From Azolla caroliniana (taxonomy: Eukaryota > Plantae > Polypodiophyta), in contig JBHGNT010000009.1 in assembly GCA_043228905.1 (NCBI GenBank), positions 5,208,001-5,272,000 on the forward strand: a DNA stretch of 64,000 nucleotides, in the 5' to 3' direction. Position numbers and translations under genes: made by a program. Shown here piece by piece: positions 37,682 through 49,905 of this stretch. Each line of letters begins with the position of its first letter. Positions within the stretch are counted from its first letter, which is position 1. Under the pieces are notes generated by a model. The model saw only the letters and a list, made by a program, of their open reading frames with translations. It was not told the DNA's origin and ran no database searches.

Positions 37682-40659
37682 CAAGGAGAGTGAGTTGTTT
37701 GGGATTTTACCTCTTCTAACATGGATGCAGCATAACTTCAATCAATTCTAGAAGTTGTTCTCACAGGGAGGGAGAGGAGTCTGAACCTAGATCAAGATGT
37801 GGAAGGGGTATTAGAGAAGTTAGGTCCATTCACTGGAAAGGATGTGACCCGATTTTTGCAGGTGTTCGATGCGGAGATTTTACATCGCAATATTCCCGCT
37901 GATTTGAAGAAATCCAACTTCCATCGTGTGGTAGCTGCCGATGTTCTTCCTATCATAGAAGAGCTTCAAATGCAAGATGTTGAATGGGAGGCATTCCGTC
38001 CTGATTTGCTCGGTGTTTTTAATTATGTTGATTCCACCAAGATGACTCGACGGGCATTTGAAGCTTGGGTGGAGTTGGAGAAGAAGCATGGGTCAATTCT
38101 AGAGGCCCTTACTCATTTTGAAGCAAAGTTCCGGCAACTCTCCGTTCGAGAGCAAACTTTGCTTGAACCAGAGAAGGTGGTTCTCTTCCTTCGCTCAATT
38201 CCCTATGCGGATAGGGTAGAGCTAGAAAAACTTATGGAATCAAGTGAAACTGAAACAGGTTTAGAGGAGGATTGCAGCCGAATTCGGTCCATCTACCTTC
38301 GATCTGAGAAAAGAAGAACATGGTTGGACTCGAAGGGACTTGGAAACGCTACTCCGACCTCCTCTTTGAAGACAGGAACAGGGATTGAGGCATCTATGGA
38401 GAAACCACAACCAAGTGACGTAGATGACCTTGTGAAGCAATTCATGGAGTGGAAGATTTCTTCCATGTCAAAGGTGCAACATCAGCCACAAGTGCAACGA
38501 ACTCTTCGGACTAGGGATTTTCGATGCTTATGGTGTGACAATTTGGAGCATCGAAGATCGGAGTGTGCGGAGCATCAGGAGGTCATGCAGAAGAACCTCA
38601 TATTCTACAAGGATCGGTTGATCCACTCATCCGTGACTTGTCAACCACTAAAGACAAATTTTGGGCGAGGAGGAAAGAAAAAGCTCTTGGAGGAAGAAGA
38701 GCTTTGACATGCACACGCTATTTTCCATTCTACTTCGGCTGCTATTCGACTAATTGAATTGCCCAAGCAAGATCCAACTATTCAAAATGTTCTTATTGAA
38801 GATGGTTGTCAAATGACTGGTTGGAGTGATCCAACTTTTCCCACAAATTATGATGTGATGGTAGAGGAGAAGAGGAGAAGAGAGGAAGAGTTGGATTGTG
38901 AACAAGTTCTAAAGAGAGCTGATTTTCATTCTCCATCCGAAAAGCAAAATTTGGACATGCAAAAGGCTGAACCAAACCTTGTACAAGTATCCAAGAAGTC
39001 ATCTCCAACATTCCGGATGCGGACTGAATTGGAACAAGAGGTAGATGCTTTCTCTTTCATTGAAAATTATGTTCTAAAGCAACATGTCTCGGTTCCATTA
39101 GGAGACTTGTTGGCAATCTCCAAAAAGGAATTTCAGGATGATTTACTGGAGAAGATGTGAAGAAAACGAATTCCAGTTGATACAACAATGACTGCAAAGG
39201 AGGATGGATGGAAAGAAGGATCTTCACAAGTGCTGAAGCATGAAGATAATATTCCAAGGAGCCACTTTACTCGGAATCACTGGGCTCAGGCAACTACAGA
39301 AACGAAAGTACGGGTTGGTGGTTTATCGGAGGCAGTCATGGCTCTTATTGATAATGGCTCGGAGATAAACCTCATGTCCTTGGAGGTTTACAAGCAAGGA
39401 GGGTGGCTGATGACTTCTGATCACCATTGGAGGATTCGAGCATCAACACAATCATCAGAGGAGTTATATGGAGCTTGCCCAGATGTGGAGATGTCAATCG
39501 GTGGTGTTACTGTGCTTCAACATTTCTTTATATAGGATTCAACCACATATCCAGTTATGTTGGGGCAACCCTTTATGGTTGTTGTCCGCATGGAGACCAA
39601 GGTATTGGATGATGGATCGGCCTATGCTCGGATCAAAGATATGGATGGTGGAAGGACAATACAATTTCAGATAGTTCAACCTAATCATGAAAGAAACAAG
39701 GATAGTTTACATGTATCCTCTGATCGGGATTTTTAGATAGGACTATTGTAAAACAGGGCTATAATAGTACGGGTCAACAAAAGTCCCTGTATGAGAATAA
39801 TTGTTCCGGAAATAATAAAGTTTATGTTTCTTATACCGGAGCAATCTCAGTTTCTTCTATTGATGATTTAAATCGTAACAGCCAGGTAAATGTGGAAGAC
39901 ATTCGGGTGATGCTTCTTAAACATCGGATTCTGGAACCAGATGATCAGGTGTCAGGATTTATGGAGGAACTTTTCTTTGTGGATACCATTGGAGAGTTGG
40001 AAAATTCTTTGTATTCAAATGAAGGTCAGTCATTTTTTATTCCAGCCAATTTAGTGGATATGTATGCTGAAATTGCAACATTTCAAAATCGGATGGATAT
40101 GGTTGCTCACGTCCATACTAAATATAAGACAATGGATCGGAAAGTTCGACCTGTAGCGGAACCATTGCCTGCTGATAGCATAGATCGGTGTTACCGGCCG
40201 GCAAGGAGTCCAAAATACGGAGTGAAGGAATTAATTAAGTAGGGTTGTAAATAAGCATAATGTGGACGGACAGACTGGAAACGGTATGCCGTTCCAGATC
40301 CGGACGGATCCCGAATAGGTGCGATAGGCACCGTTTTGTACTACGGGCCGGAAACCTATTTAAAGGCCCGGACCCCATTGTAATCGGAGCGGATAATTAA
40401 TAGAGCGAATGGTGTTTATACTTCTGTGTTGATTTTCGTTCTGTACTTACTGTTATATCTTACGCGTGTAATTAACAAAAGCGCTCTATCGTGTAACCCA
40501 CTTAAGTCGGTGTAATCGTTGAGTCATAATCCTATGCCGTAATCACCCTTTGGTGAAGTGTCTCCGTGACACCTTGTGTTAGGCCTTGTCCGGTCAGAGA
40601 ATAACACAGTTTTGGCGACCACGATTCCTGCTTTCTCGCAGCGAACGACGGCTTAATGG

Positions 40660-43600
40660 ATGACAAGACCAACACACGACCTGGTTATAGACCGAGCTCG
40701 ACGCCTCGCCGAACGACAAAGACGACGTGAGACTTTCCAGCAAGCAGCGCAGGAAATTCGCTCGGATCGTTCGTTCTCCAACGAGATCCGAAGAGTCGCG
40801 GAGGAATCTCTTCGGTTACAGCAAACTCGCGACCAGGACGACGGAAGCAGTCTAAGTAGTCTCCGGGAAACCGAACGCCTCCTCGAGGTGCTGGCAAGCG
40901 GAGAGAACGAGGCAGAAGCCTTTTCAGCCTACGAATCGGATTCCGAAGGGGGATACAGCGTGCACACGAACTACCGGAGCAGCAACGATACCCCCGGCGG
41001 CCCGGAGGACGACAGGTCGGATACCGTGCCGACTCCAGAACCGGAACCGCTCGACCAGGGCTATCCGGAACCGCAAACGGAAGCCGTCAACCCACCAACA
41101 CCGGAAGTGGAAGAAGCAAAGCCACCGACACCAACGAAAGAGCCGGCGAAGGCACCGGAAGAAGAGCCGGTGAAGGAACCGGAAAAAGAATCGGAAGAGG
41201 AACCGGAAAAAGCACCGGCAAAAGAACCGGAAGTGGAACCGGAGAGAGAACCGGAAAGATATCAACAAACGCCACTAAACCGCGGCCTAATACTGGACGA
41301 CGACATGCCGTTCCAATACTCAAAGTATCGCGATGATCCGGACGCGGAAGCGCATGTTCATGCCTTCGAGCAGACATGGGAAGCAAATCACACGTCCCAG
41401 CGAATGACACCGGAGGAAGAAGAACGCTCGAAGATAGCGGAATTCGGGGTCACGTTGGAAGGACCAGCGACACGATGGCGGCGGACGCAGGACCCGGCGA
41501 CCATCACAACCTTTGCAGAATTAAAAGCAAAATTCTTGCATTTTTTCCACAAGGAGGTCGACCAGACGACAATGGTGGGCCTGTTTTATACGATCCGACA
41601 GGAGGCAGGGGAAAGCATTCCCCAATTCGTCATCCGTTTCCAACGAATGCATAGCCAGCTTGCCCGTGCACCCCCGGAGGAGGAATTACGGACGATATTT
41701 TTAAACGCACTCCGGGAACCGTTACGCACGGTGTGTACGGTGATTGACTTTCGAGGAAGCACCATTGACCAGGTCATTGACCGGGTCAGAGAAATGGAAA
41801 AGTCAAGCTCATGGCTTACACTAGGAGCACTGCAACGAGCGTTACCCACAGATGAAGATCTCCGGTTCCGGCAGGCAATTCAATGCACAATCTGCTTGAA
41901 TGCCGGACACTCGGCAGTGGAGTGCACCATGCGAACCCAGTGTGTGATTTGTCAATCCAAGAGTCATACAACGGACCGGTGCGAGTATAACCTGTTAAAC
42001 CGACAAGCACCACCCGTCCGACGGATCGAGCCAAGAAGCAACCGAGACGAAGATGACGATCGTTGGCAAAGAATGAACCGGTACCGACCGGCACAGGATG
42101 TCCGGTACGGAGACAGACAAGAGAATGATGGCCGGTACGGGAATCGGCATGATAACTACGACCGGTATGAGCGATCGGACCGTTATCGGGAGTCCAACAA
42201 ACGACACGAGCAATACGACAGAGACCGATCCCCTGGTTACCGAAGGCACCAGGAGGACTACGGCCGATTTTACGATCCACCACGACCGGACTACCGAAAT
42301 AAAAATAAGAATAATAAGAAACGTAATTTCAAGAAAGGTGGTCACACTAGGGACCCGGAACATGGAACCCCAAGGAGCCAACCGGCACAGAACGCACCAC
42401 TCACTACGGGACCGACTCCGGATACCAGCAATGCTGAATCCAGCAATACCCGTAAAGAGTACTGCTATTACTGCAAGCAGGAAGGCCACTACAGTAACCA
42501 GTGCCCGGCAAAGAGCTACGATAAACGACCAGCAGTTAATATGGTGGTTCCGGAAGTGGCGGATTTACAGCAAGTAACCACACGGTCGAAAGGCATGGCC
42601 AAAGAGTGGGAAACACAAGAGGCCATACGAAAACAGGCGACGGAATGGGTGAAGGAAGCCAATGAAAGGAACGTCGCGGACGCGGAACGGCAAAAGGCGA
42701 ATACCATAGGGAGTGCCGGCGGTAGCCACACAGAAAACGAGACATGGCAAGCACTGCAAGAATGTCAGATCACGTTGCCATTAGGAAGACTCTTGCAGCT
42801 CGTGCCGCGATTTACGGAAGGACTAAAAACGGTCATGACAGACGGTATAGCCCCACCGGCACCAGTCCTCTTCTCGAATCCGGAGGAGGGACCGACGGTG
42901 GTGGGCACTAGTAGTCCGGTGATTACAGCTATTGTCAAAGGGCACGAACGTCCCGGCACAGTAATCGATGGAGGTTCCGGGGTGAACGTAATAAGCCTCC
43001 GCACGTGTGATGCCTTGGGTATACATGAATGGGAGCCATGTCCGTTCTGGCTACGGATGGCGGATACGAGCTCTGTACGGCCGACGGGCTTAATACGGAA
43101 ATTGGAAGTCACCATAGGCGGTCACACATTTCACATCTCGGCTGTCGTGCTGCAGCTACAGGCGCAAGGCGCGTACCCACTGTTGCTGGGCAGGCCATGG
43201 TTGAAAACAGCACACATCAAGCAAAATTGGCGGAAAAATATGATTACCTTCCGGCGCGGAAAAGCCAAGGTCCGGGTACCAACACAACCACGGACGAGCA
43301 ACGGTAAGGAATGCACACCGCTGTATGCGGAATGCGTGAACATGCTTGAAGGGTTGGCAGACGACGAAGAAGCCCAGTACTTGGAGGAACACCCGAAGAT
43401 CGTACCACTCTTCGAGATTGACGTAGCTGAAGCCGTAGCGCCATACTTGCCGCAGTGGGACGAAACCGAAGCCGAACCAGACAAAGATTCGATTCGGGAA
43501 TTACGGCAAGCACAGGAAGCGTTGGAACGGGAAATGGCCGTTTCCCAACGGGTAAAAACATCCCAGCTCGACGAAGTGAACCTAGGAAGCAAGGACGAAT

Positions 43601-46529
43601 CAAAGCCGGTACACATCGCCAAAGAAATGAAGCCGGAAGATAAAGCGGCGATGATCAAACTTCTCACGGAGTTTCGCGACGTATTCGCCTGGTCATACGA
43701 AGACATGCGAGGGCTGGACCCTCAATTATATCAGCATCAGATCCACTTAGGCAAGGACGCGAAACCAGTGGCGCAAAGACGTTACCGAATGAACCCCAAC
43801 TACGCCGCCAAAGTGAAGGAGGAAATCGACAAACTCCTAAGAGTGGGCTTCATCCGGCCGGTAAAGAAAGCGACGTGGCTGAGCCCCATTGTCGTCGTCC
43901 CAAAGAAGAACGGTAAAATCCGCGTGTGTGTAGATTACAGGAAACTAAATGCAGCCACAATTACGGATGCATTCCCTCTTCCGTTCACGGATGGAGTACT
44001 GGATGCCGTCGCCGGCCATGAAGTTTATAGTTTTTTAGACGGGTTCAGCGGATACAATCAAATCCGGATGCACCCTGACGACCAGGAGAAAACAGCGTTC
44101 GTCACCGAATGGGGGGTGTTTGTGGCCGTAGCAATGATGTTCGGCCTAAAAACGGCACCAGCAACTTTCCAGCGAATCATTATGGAGATCTTCGGCGAAT
44201 ACATTCCAGCCTTCATGCAGGTTTCCTGGATGATTTTGCAGTCTATAGCCGGGAAAAAGACCATTTGCAGCACCTACGGTTATGCCTTGAAAAGTGTAGG
44301 TTATACCGGCTAAGCCTAAACCCAGCAAAATGCACCTTTGGGGTTTCAAGTGGAATCTTACTGGGACACATTGTAAGTAAGGAGGGCATTGCGGTCGACC
44401 CGGACAAAGTAAACGCGATACTAGGGGCACCGGCGCCGAAAACGGCCAAAGCACTAAGCCGATTCTTAGGACAGATCCGGTGGCACAGCCGGATGCTCCG
44501 TCACTTGGCTGACTTGGCTACACCATTACACACCGCGGTACATCGGACACCGTTCCAATGGACGGATACGGAGGATAAGGCATACAATGCCCTGAAGGTA
44601 CTTTTGTCGCAAGCACCCGTCGTGCAGCCTCCGGATTGGAGCAAGGAATTTCATGTGTTCGTTGACGCTTCCGACATCGCTATCGGCAGCGCCTTAATGC
44701 AACTTACGGAGCCCAAATGGTACCGGCCGGTATATTACGCCAGCCGGAAGCTGTCCCAAGCGGAGAAGAACTATTCGACTACGGAACGGGAGGCCCTGGG
44801 CATGATCTACAGTGTCACAAAGTTTCGTCATTACCTATTGGGAAGGAAGTTCTCCTTTCATGTGGATCACTCGGCGCTCCTGTACTTAGTGTCCAAGGCG
44901 TCCCTGACCAGTAAGTTGGCCCGTTGGACCTTGCTGTTGCAGGAGTTCGAATTCGAGATCTTCCACCGGCCCGGTATTCAGCATGCCGTAGCAGACTACC
45001 TGAGCCGGTTAGAGTCCGGAGAATCAGGCGACGGAGTATCAGATGAATTCCCGGACGCAGAGTTATTCCGTATCACCCCGGAAACGGCAGCGGACGACAC
45101 GGTGGCATCAGAAGATAGGTGGCTGACAAACATGCACCAGTTCCTAAGCACGGGCCTGCCACCGGAGGAAATGAACCGGGACGAGAGGAAACGACTGGCG
45201 GTGCAGAGCCGCAATTTCTGTCTGTTACGGGACACTCTCTACCACAAGGGAGCAGATGGAATATGGAGACGGGCAGTCCGTAGTGACGAGAAACAAGTAA
45301 TCTTACGGGAAGCACACTGTGGGGTTGTCGGAGGACACTATGCCGGGGAAGCGACGGCAAGGAAAGTATGGCAGAGCGGCTTATGGTGGCCCACGACGTT
45401 AAAAGACGTCGTCAAGTACGCTAAGGAATGTGACCTATGCCAACGAATGGGCCAGCCTACGGAGCAAGCACGGATGCCACACCAACCGGTACTTCCACTA
45501 GAGCCATTCCAGAAGTGGGGGTTGGATTTTGTCGGACCGTTCAAGCCACCGGCAATGAGAACGGGTAATCATTATGTCATCGTGGCAACAGATTATTGCA
45601 CTAAATGGGTGGAGGCTAAGGCCTTGAGAGACAACACCGCGTCATCCACAGCAAAATTCCTGTACGAGAACATTTGGTGCCGATATGGATGTCCGATTGA
45701 ATTAATCAGCGACCAAGGAGGGCACTTCCTCGGCCAGGTAGTTGAAAGCTTAACAACGTTCTATGCCGTGGTCCATAAACGGAGCACACCGTACTACCCA
45801 CAAGCGAACGGGTTAGCAGAGTCAACCAACAAAACGCTCCAGAACATTCTCCGCAAAATCGTCAATGAAAACCGAACGGACTGGGATACAAAGCTCCATA
45901 GCGCGCTATGGGCGTACCGAACGGCATACAAAACAAGTATCCGGACAACGCCGTTCCGGTTAGCGTTCGGCTTAGAAGCGGTCATGCCGGTGGAATTTCA
46001 GGTACCAAGCTTACGGATCCAACTACGGGAACGGCTGAATGAAAAGGAGTCGGAGGAAATGCGGCTAGCAGCACTATGCGAACTGGAGGAGCAACGGCTG
46101 GCCAGCATCCTACACATGGAACTGGAGCAACGACGACGGAAAGCATTCGTTGACCGTCACCGGAAAGGTAATGAGAAGATGTTCGAAATCGGAAAGCCGG
46201 TGCTAGTATTCCAAACGAGGATGGGCAAGATGCCGGGTAAACTCCGGTTTAGATGGACAGGCCCGTATTGGCTGACACGGGAATACAACGGGTCCTATCA
46301 GTTAGGGACACTTGCCGGCGAAGTGCTAGGCAAGTGGGTCAACGGATTTAGACTAAAGCCCTATAAAGGACCGATGCCAAGTAACCCGTTTTTGCAGCCC
46401 ACCGGCACTATACCGGGAACGGTACGGATGGAAGAAAAAGACGACGGGGAACCCGTAGCAGAGGCGAAGGAAGACACGGCAACCCGTAAGGAAAATGGTA
46501 AGGGTCCGAAGGGACCTACGGATGTGTAA
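40660..46529 (+). CDS. Gag-Pol of Gypsy B (one frameshift at ~44222)
   Basis: 1217-aa and 806-aa overlapping ORFs: CCHC knuckles, PR VIDGGSGVN, RT (FLDGFSGYNQI; FMQV/FLDD split by a 1-nt loss), RH (VDASD..YSTTERE), IN (HHCC, DFVGP, SDQG, NGLAE, WTGPY). No chromodomain. Confidence 0.93.
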
Positions 46530-46913
46530 GATCACATACCGTCATTAAAAAGAGAAAATAATTTTAAAAAAAAAAAAAAAAAAAAACATTAAAAATCGAG
46601 GTATGAACGGACGTGAAAGCAAGGAGCGAAAAGGTACGTAGTGGGCAATTAAGAGCCGCCACATTACTTAATACTAAATTGGTACACGACGTGCGCATGC
46701 TTGAAAAAGGCGCCAAGACGCACAGAGAAAAAGAAGAACGCATGGAGACCTTTTTTTTTTCGCGAGCCAAGAAGCACAGAAGCACCAAGGCAGTGGAAGC
46801 TTAGCAAACGCGAACCTGCACTCAGAGAACCCCCACGTTCGGAACGCTCTCTCTCTCGCTCTCACTCTCATCACCACTCTACCTCGCCATCTTTCCTCGA
46901 CCTCGAAGCAGAC

Positions 46914-48470
46914 ATGGAACCACAAACGCTGTCGGAAGCGGCCAGGAAATGGCTCAGGCAACACGGACTGGATGGGTTCCTGACCATCATGGAGGCACCA
47001 CCGCACAGAGAAGCCGACCGGGTCATCAAGGAGCTCGACACAGAAGTCATCACAGAGGAAGCGATCCGTGCGCTAACAGGCCTTCCGGAGGGAGGTATTT
47101 TTCAGATTGATAACCCAACCTCGGAGCAACTCATCCGATATTTCGGTGAGTACTCTGTAGTCGGCAAAGGCTATCGAACGCAGGGCGGCGAAGATCCGCT
47201 ATTCAGGGAGATAGCTCGAGTGCTCCATGAGTACGGCCACGTGTACCCCCGACCCCCTGTCGTTGGAGGAGCCGCGAAAGAGAGTTGAAGACGGCAGCGG
47301 AGGCAGAACTCAAAAAGACTGCTGAGAATCTACGCCGGGCCGAGGAGAGCTTACAAAAAGGCCACCAAGCGTACGACCGGCTCAAGGAGGAGAAGGAGAA
47401 AATGCTGCAAGAGAAGGACAGGCTCCTGGAGAAACGCCGAAACAGAAGTAGAGCGCCTGAAAGAGGAACTCCGGCAGCTAAAGGACCGGGAGGACCGGAA
47501 CCATCGCCAGATCAACGGCAAGCTCAAACAAAAAACGGAGGAATTTGAGCACTTGCACCGGGAGTATAAACGGTTGCAAACGGAGCACAAGGAACGGACG
47601 GATGAGCTCCGGCAAGCAGTTGATCGGACCGCAACGCCATACGCTAAGGAACAAGCGGAAACCAGAAGACGGTTGGAAGAGGCGGAGAAGGTTCGGACAG
47701 AGCTCCTCAGGCAACAACAGGCGGAAAAAGAAAGAGCGGCGGAGGTACTGCAGAGGCTGCAAACAACATATCAAGGGCAGCTGACGCGCTACAGAGAGCA
47801 GGCGGAGGATACGGCTAATCTCATCAAGCAGTTGAAGGAGGAACGACAAGTTGTGGAAAGTAGAGCGCAAATGGGAGCAAGTCGCATCCAGGACATCATG
47901 CGGGCCTGGTTGAACCAGACCAAGAGCTTGATTGACAACGGTTCCGTCAAATGGTGGACCAAGTGGGCCACGAACTCGGCGGAACTCCAATTGCTCCGGG
48001 CCGACGTAGAGAACCGGCGGAAGGAGGGAGATGATTGCTATATGCTGACTTCCGAAGACTTCACCAACATAAGAGATGAGCTGGCCGAAGACTTTCAAGC
48101 CTTGGCAGAGGACCAACTAGGGCAAGTCCGGCAACTTGTAGCTCAGCTGGACGACGACAGGCTGGAGGCGCAGATCCAGTTTGAAAGCTACGAGAGGTCC
48201 CGGATCCGGGAAGAGAAAGCACGAGAACCAGTAACGGTCAACCTCAGTGATGAGGAACCGTTACTGGAAGGAGACCGGACCGGAAGCAGTCAAACGGGGA
48301 TGCCGGAGTCAGAGAAACAAACGGAGCAGCCGCCTATAGAGCAGCCGGAGCAGTCTCAGTCCCAACCGCAACCACAGCAGCAGCAGCAAGCACAGCCGCA
48401 ACAACCACAACCGGAAGAACAATTGGAAACTCTGGAACAAAGTATTTTGGACAATTTGGGTGAACAATGA
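46914..48470 (+). pseudogene. Extra sense ORF(s) 3' of pol in Gypsy B (N-terminal domain plus long coiled coil), frameshifted
   Basis: MEPQTLSEAARKWL...ITEEAIRALTGLPEGG, followed by frame-broken E/K/R/Q-rich helical segments (47285-47548, 47553-48470). Confidence 0.7.
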
Positions 48471-48503
48471 AGGGGCCGAGAAGGGTTCGACGTACAAGGT
48501 ACT

Positions 48504-48520
48504 GTCCCACGGGCGTGCCA
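48504..48520 (-). promoter_or_regulatory. Second, antisense PBS-like site (tRNA-Arg 3' end copy) at the PPT position of Gypsy B
   Basis: + strand GTCCCACGGGCGTGCCA, then TG, then the LTR. The minus strand reads LTR-CA, 2 nt, TGGCACGCCCGTGGGAC. Confidence 0.75.
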
Positions 48521-49905
48521 TGTGTGACCGGCCGGCAAGGAGTCCAAAATACGGAGTGAAGGAATTAATTAAGTAGGGTTGTAAATAAGCATAGTGTGGA
48601 CGGACGGACTGGAAACGGTATGCCGTTCCAAATCCGGACGGATCCCGAATAGGTGCGATAGGCACTGTTTTGTACTACGGGCCGGAAACCTATTTAAAGG
48701 CCCGGACCCCATTGTAATCGGAGCGGATAATTAATAGAGCGAATGGTGTTTATACTTCTGTGTTGATTTCCGTTCTGTACTTACTGTTATATCTTACGCG
48801 TGTAATTAACAAAAGCGCTCTATCGTGTAACCCACTTAAGTCGGTGTAATCGTTGAGTCATAATCCTATGCCGTAATCACCCTTTGGTGAAGTGTCTCCG
48901 TGACACCTTGTGTTAGGCCTTGTCTGGTCAGAGAATAACAATCGGCTAAAAAGGGTGCAGGAAGAACCAATGTTACAGTATCCAAGGATGATTGGTCATG
49001 TGTTTACGGAGTCTTCGCAAGGGAAGCTTTAGATAGGAGGGGGTGATTTCCTTAATCAAGCTGAAGAAAGCCAATTTCAAAAGATGTTATCTCAACATGG
49101 TAAGGCTTTTGCTTTTTCACCTTCAGAAATAGGTTGTGTGGACCCACAACTGGTGGAGCCAATGATTATCTTTATTGTCCCTCATATGCCTTGGAACTTG
49201 AAACCAATTCCTGTTCCAAGAGCTCATGTTCCGAAACTCATTGAGTTTCTAAAAGAGAAGGTGCATATGGGTATCTTGGAGCCTTCGAATGCTCTATATT
49301 CTAACCGGTGGTTTACAGTGCCAAAAAAGAACGAATCTCTCAGGTTCATTCAAGATCTTCAACCAGTTAACAAAGTAACAATTCAGAATTCAGGACTTGG
49401 TCCGTCGTGGATTCCTTCGCAAACTCTTTTGCAGGTAGAGATATCTACTCCATGGCTGATTTGTATTCCGGATATGATCAATTTCAACTTGCTTTGGATA
49501 GTAGGGATATTACTACAATGCGTACACCTATTGGGCTGGTTCAAATGGGTACTTTACCACAAAGCGCAACTAATTCTGTCACTCATATGATGAACGCAAT
49601 GAATAAGGTGCTCAGGGATCACATTCCTCATCGAACAATGCCTTTCTTGGATGACATTCCGATTAAAGGATGTCTAGAAGAGGAGAAGGATGAAGAAGTT
49701 GGGTCGGATGGATGTCGGAAATTCGTCTCAAATCATATAGCAGACTGTGAAGACATATTGAAGAATTTAGAGGAGGCACATTTGACAATTTCTGGAGAAA
49801 AATCAAGTTTTGGTAGATCTCAAGTGCGGATTGTGGGACATGTGTGTGGCCGCTATGGTCGGAAACCTGATCCAACCAAGGTGGACAACATCAATGCAAT
49901 GGAGG

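Larger units (their letters stand above)
40189..48940 (+). mobile_element. Ty3/Gypsy element B (non-chromovirus, Athila/Tat-like), near intact; LTRs 40189-40606 and 48523-48940
   Basis: 418-bp TG...CA LTRs differing at about 7 positions by eye; perfect TSD ATCGG; PBS-like TGGCGACCAC at 40613. Confidence 0.97.

Noticed and set aside
48466-48485. Purine-rich AATGAAGGGGCCGAGAAGGG as the PPT of Gypsy B
   Set aside because: It is ~37 nt from the LTR edge and interrupted, so it cannot define the U3 start in the canonical way. Kept only as an alternative explanation.
40685-48665. Many 60-210 aa antisense and alternate-frame ORFs in Gypsy B and the Copia copies
   Set aside because: Shadow ORFs of GC-rich coding sequence with no independent motifs.
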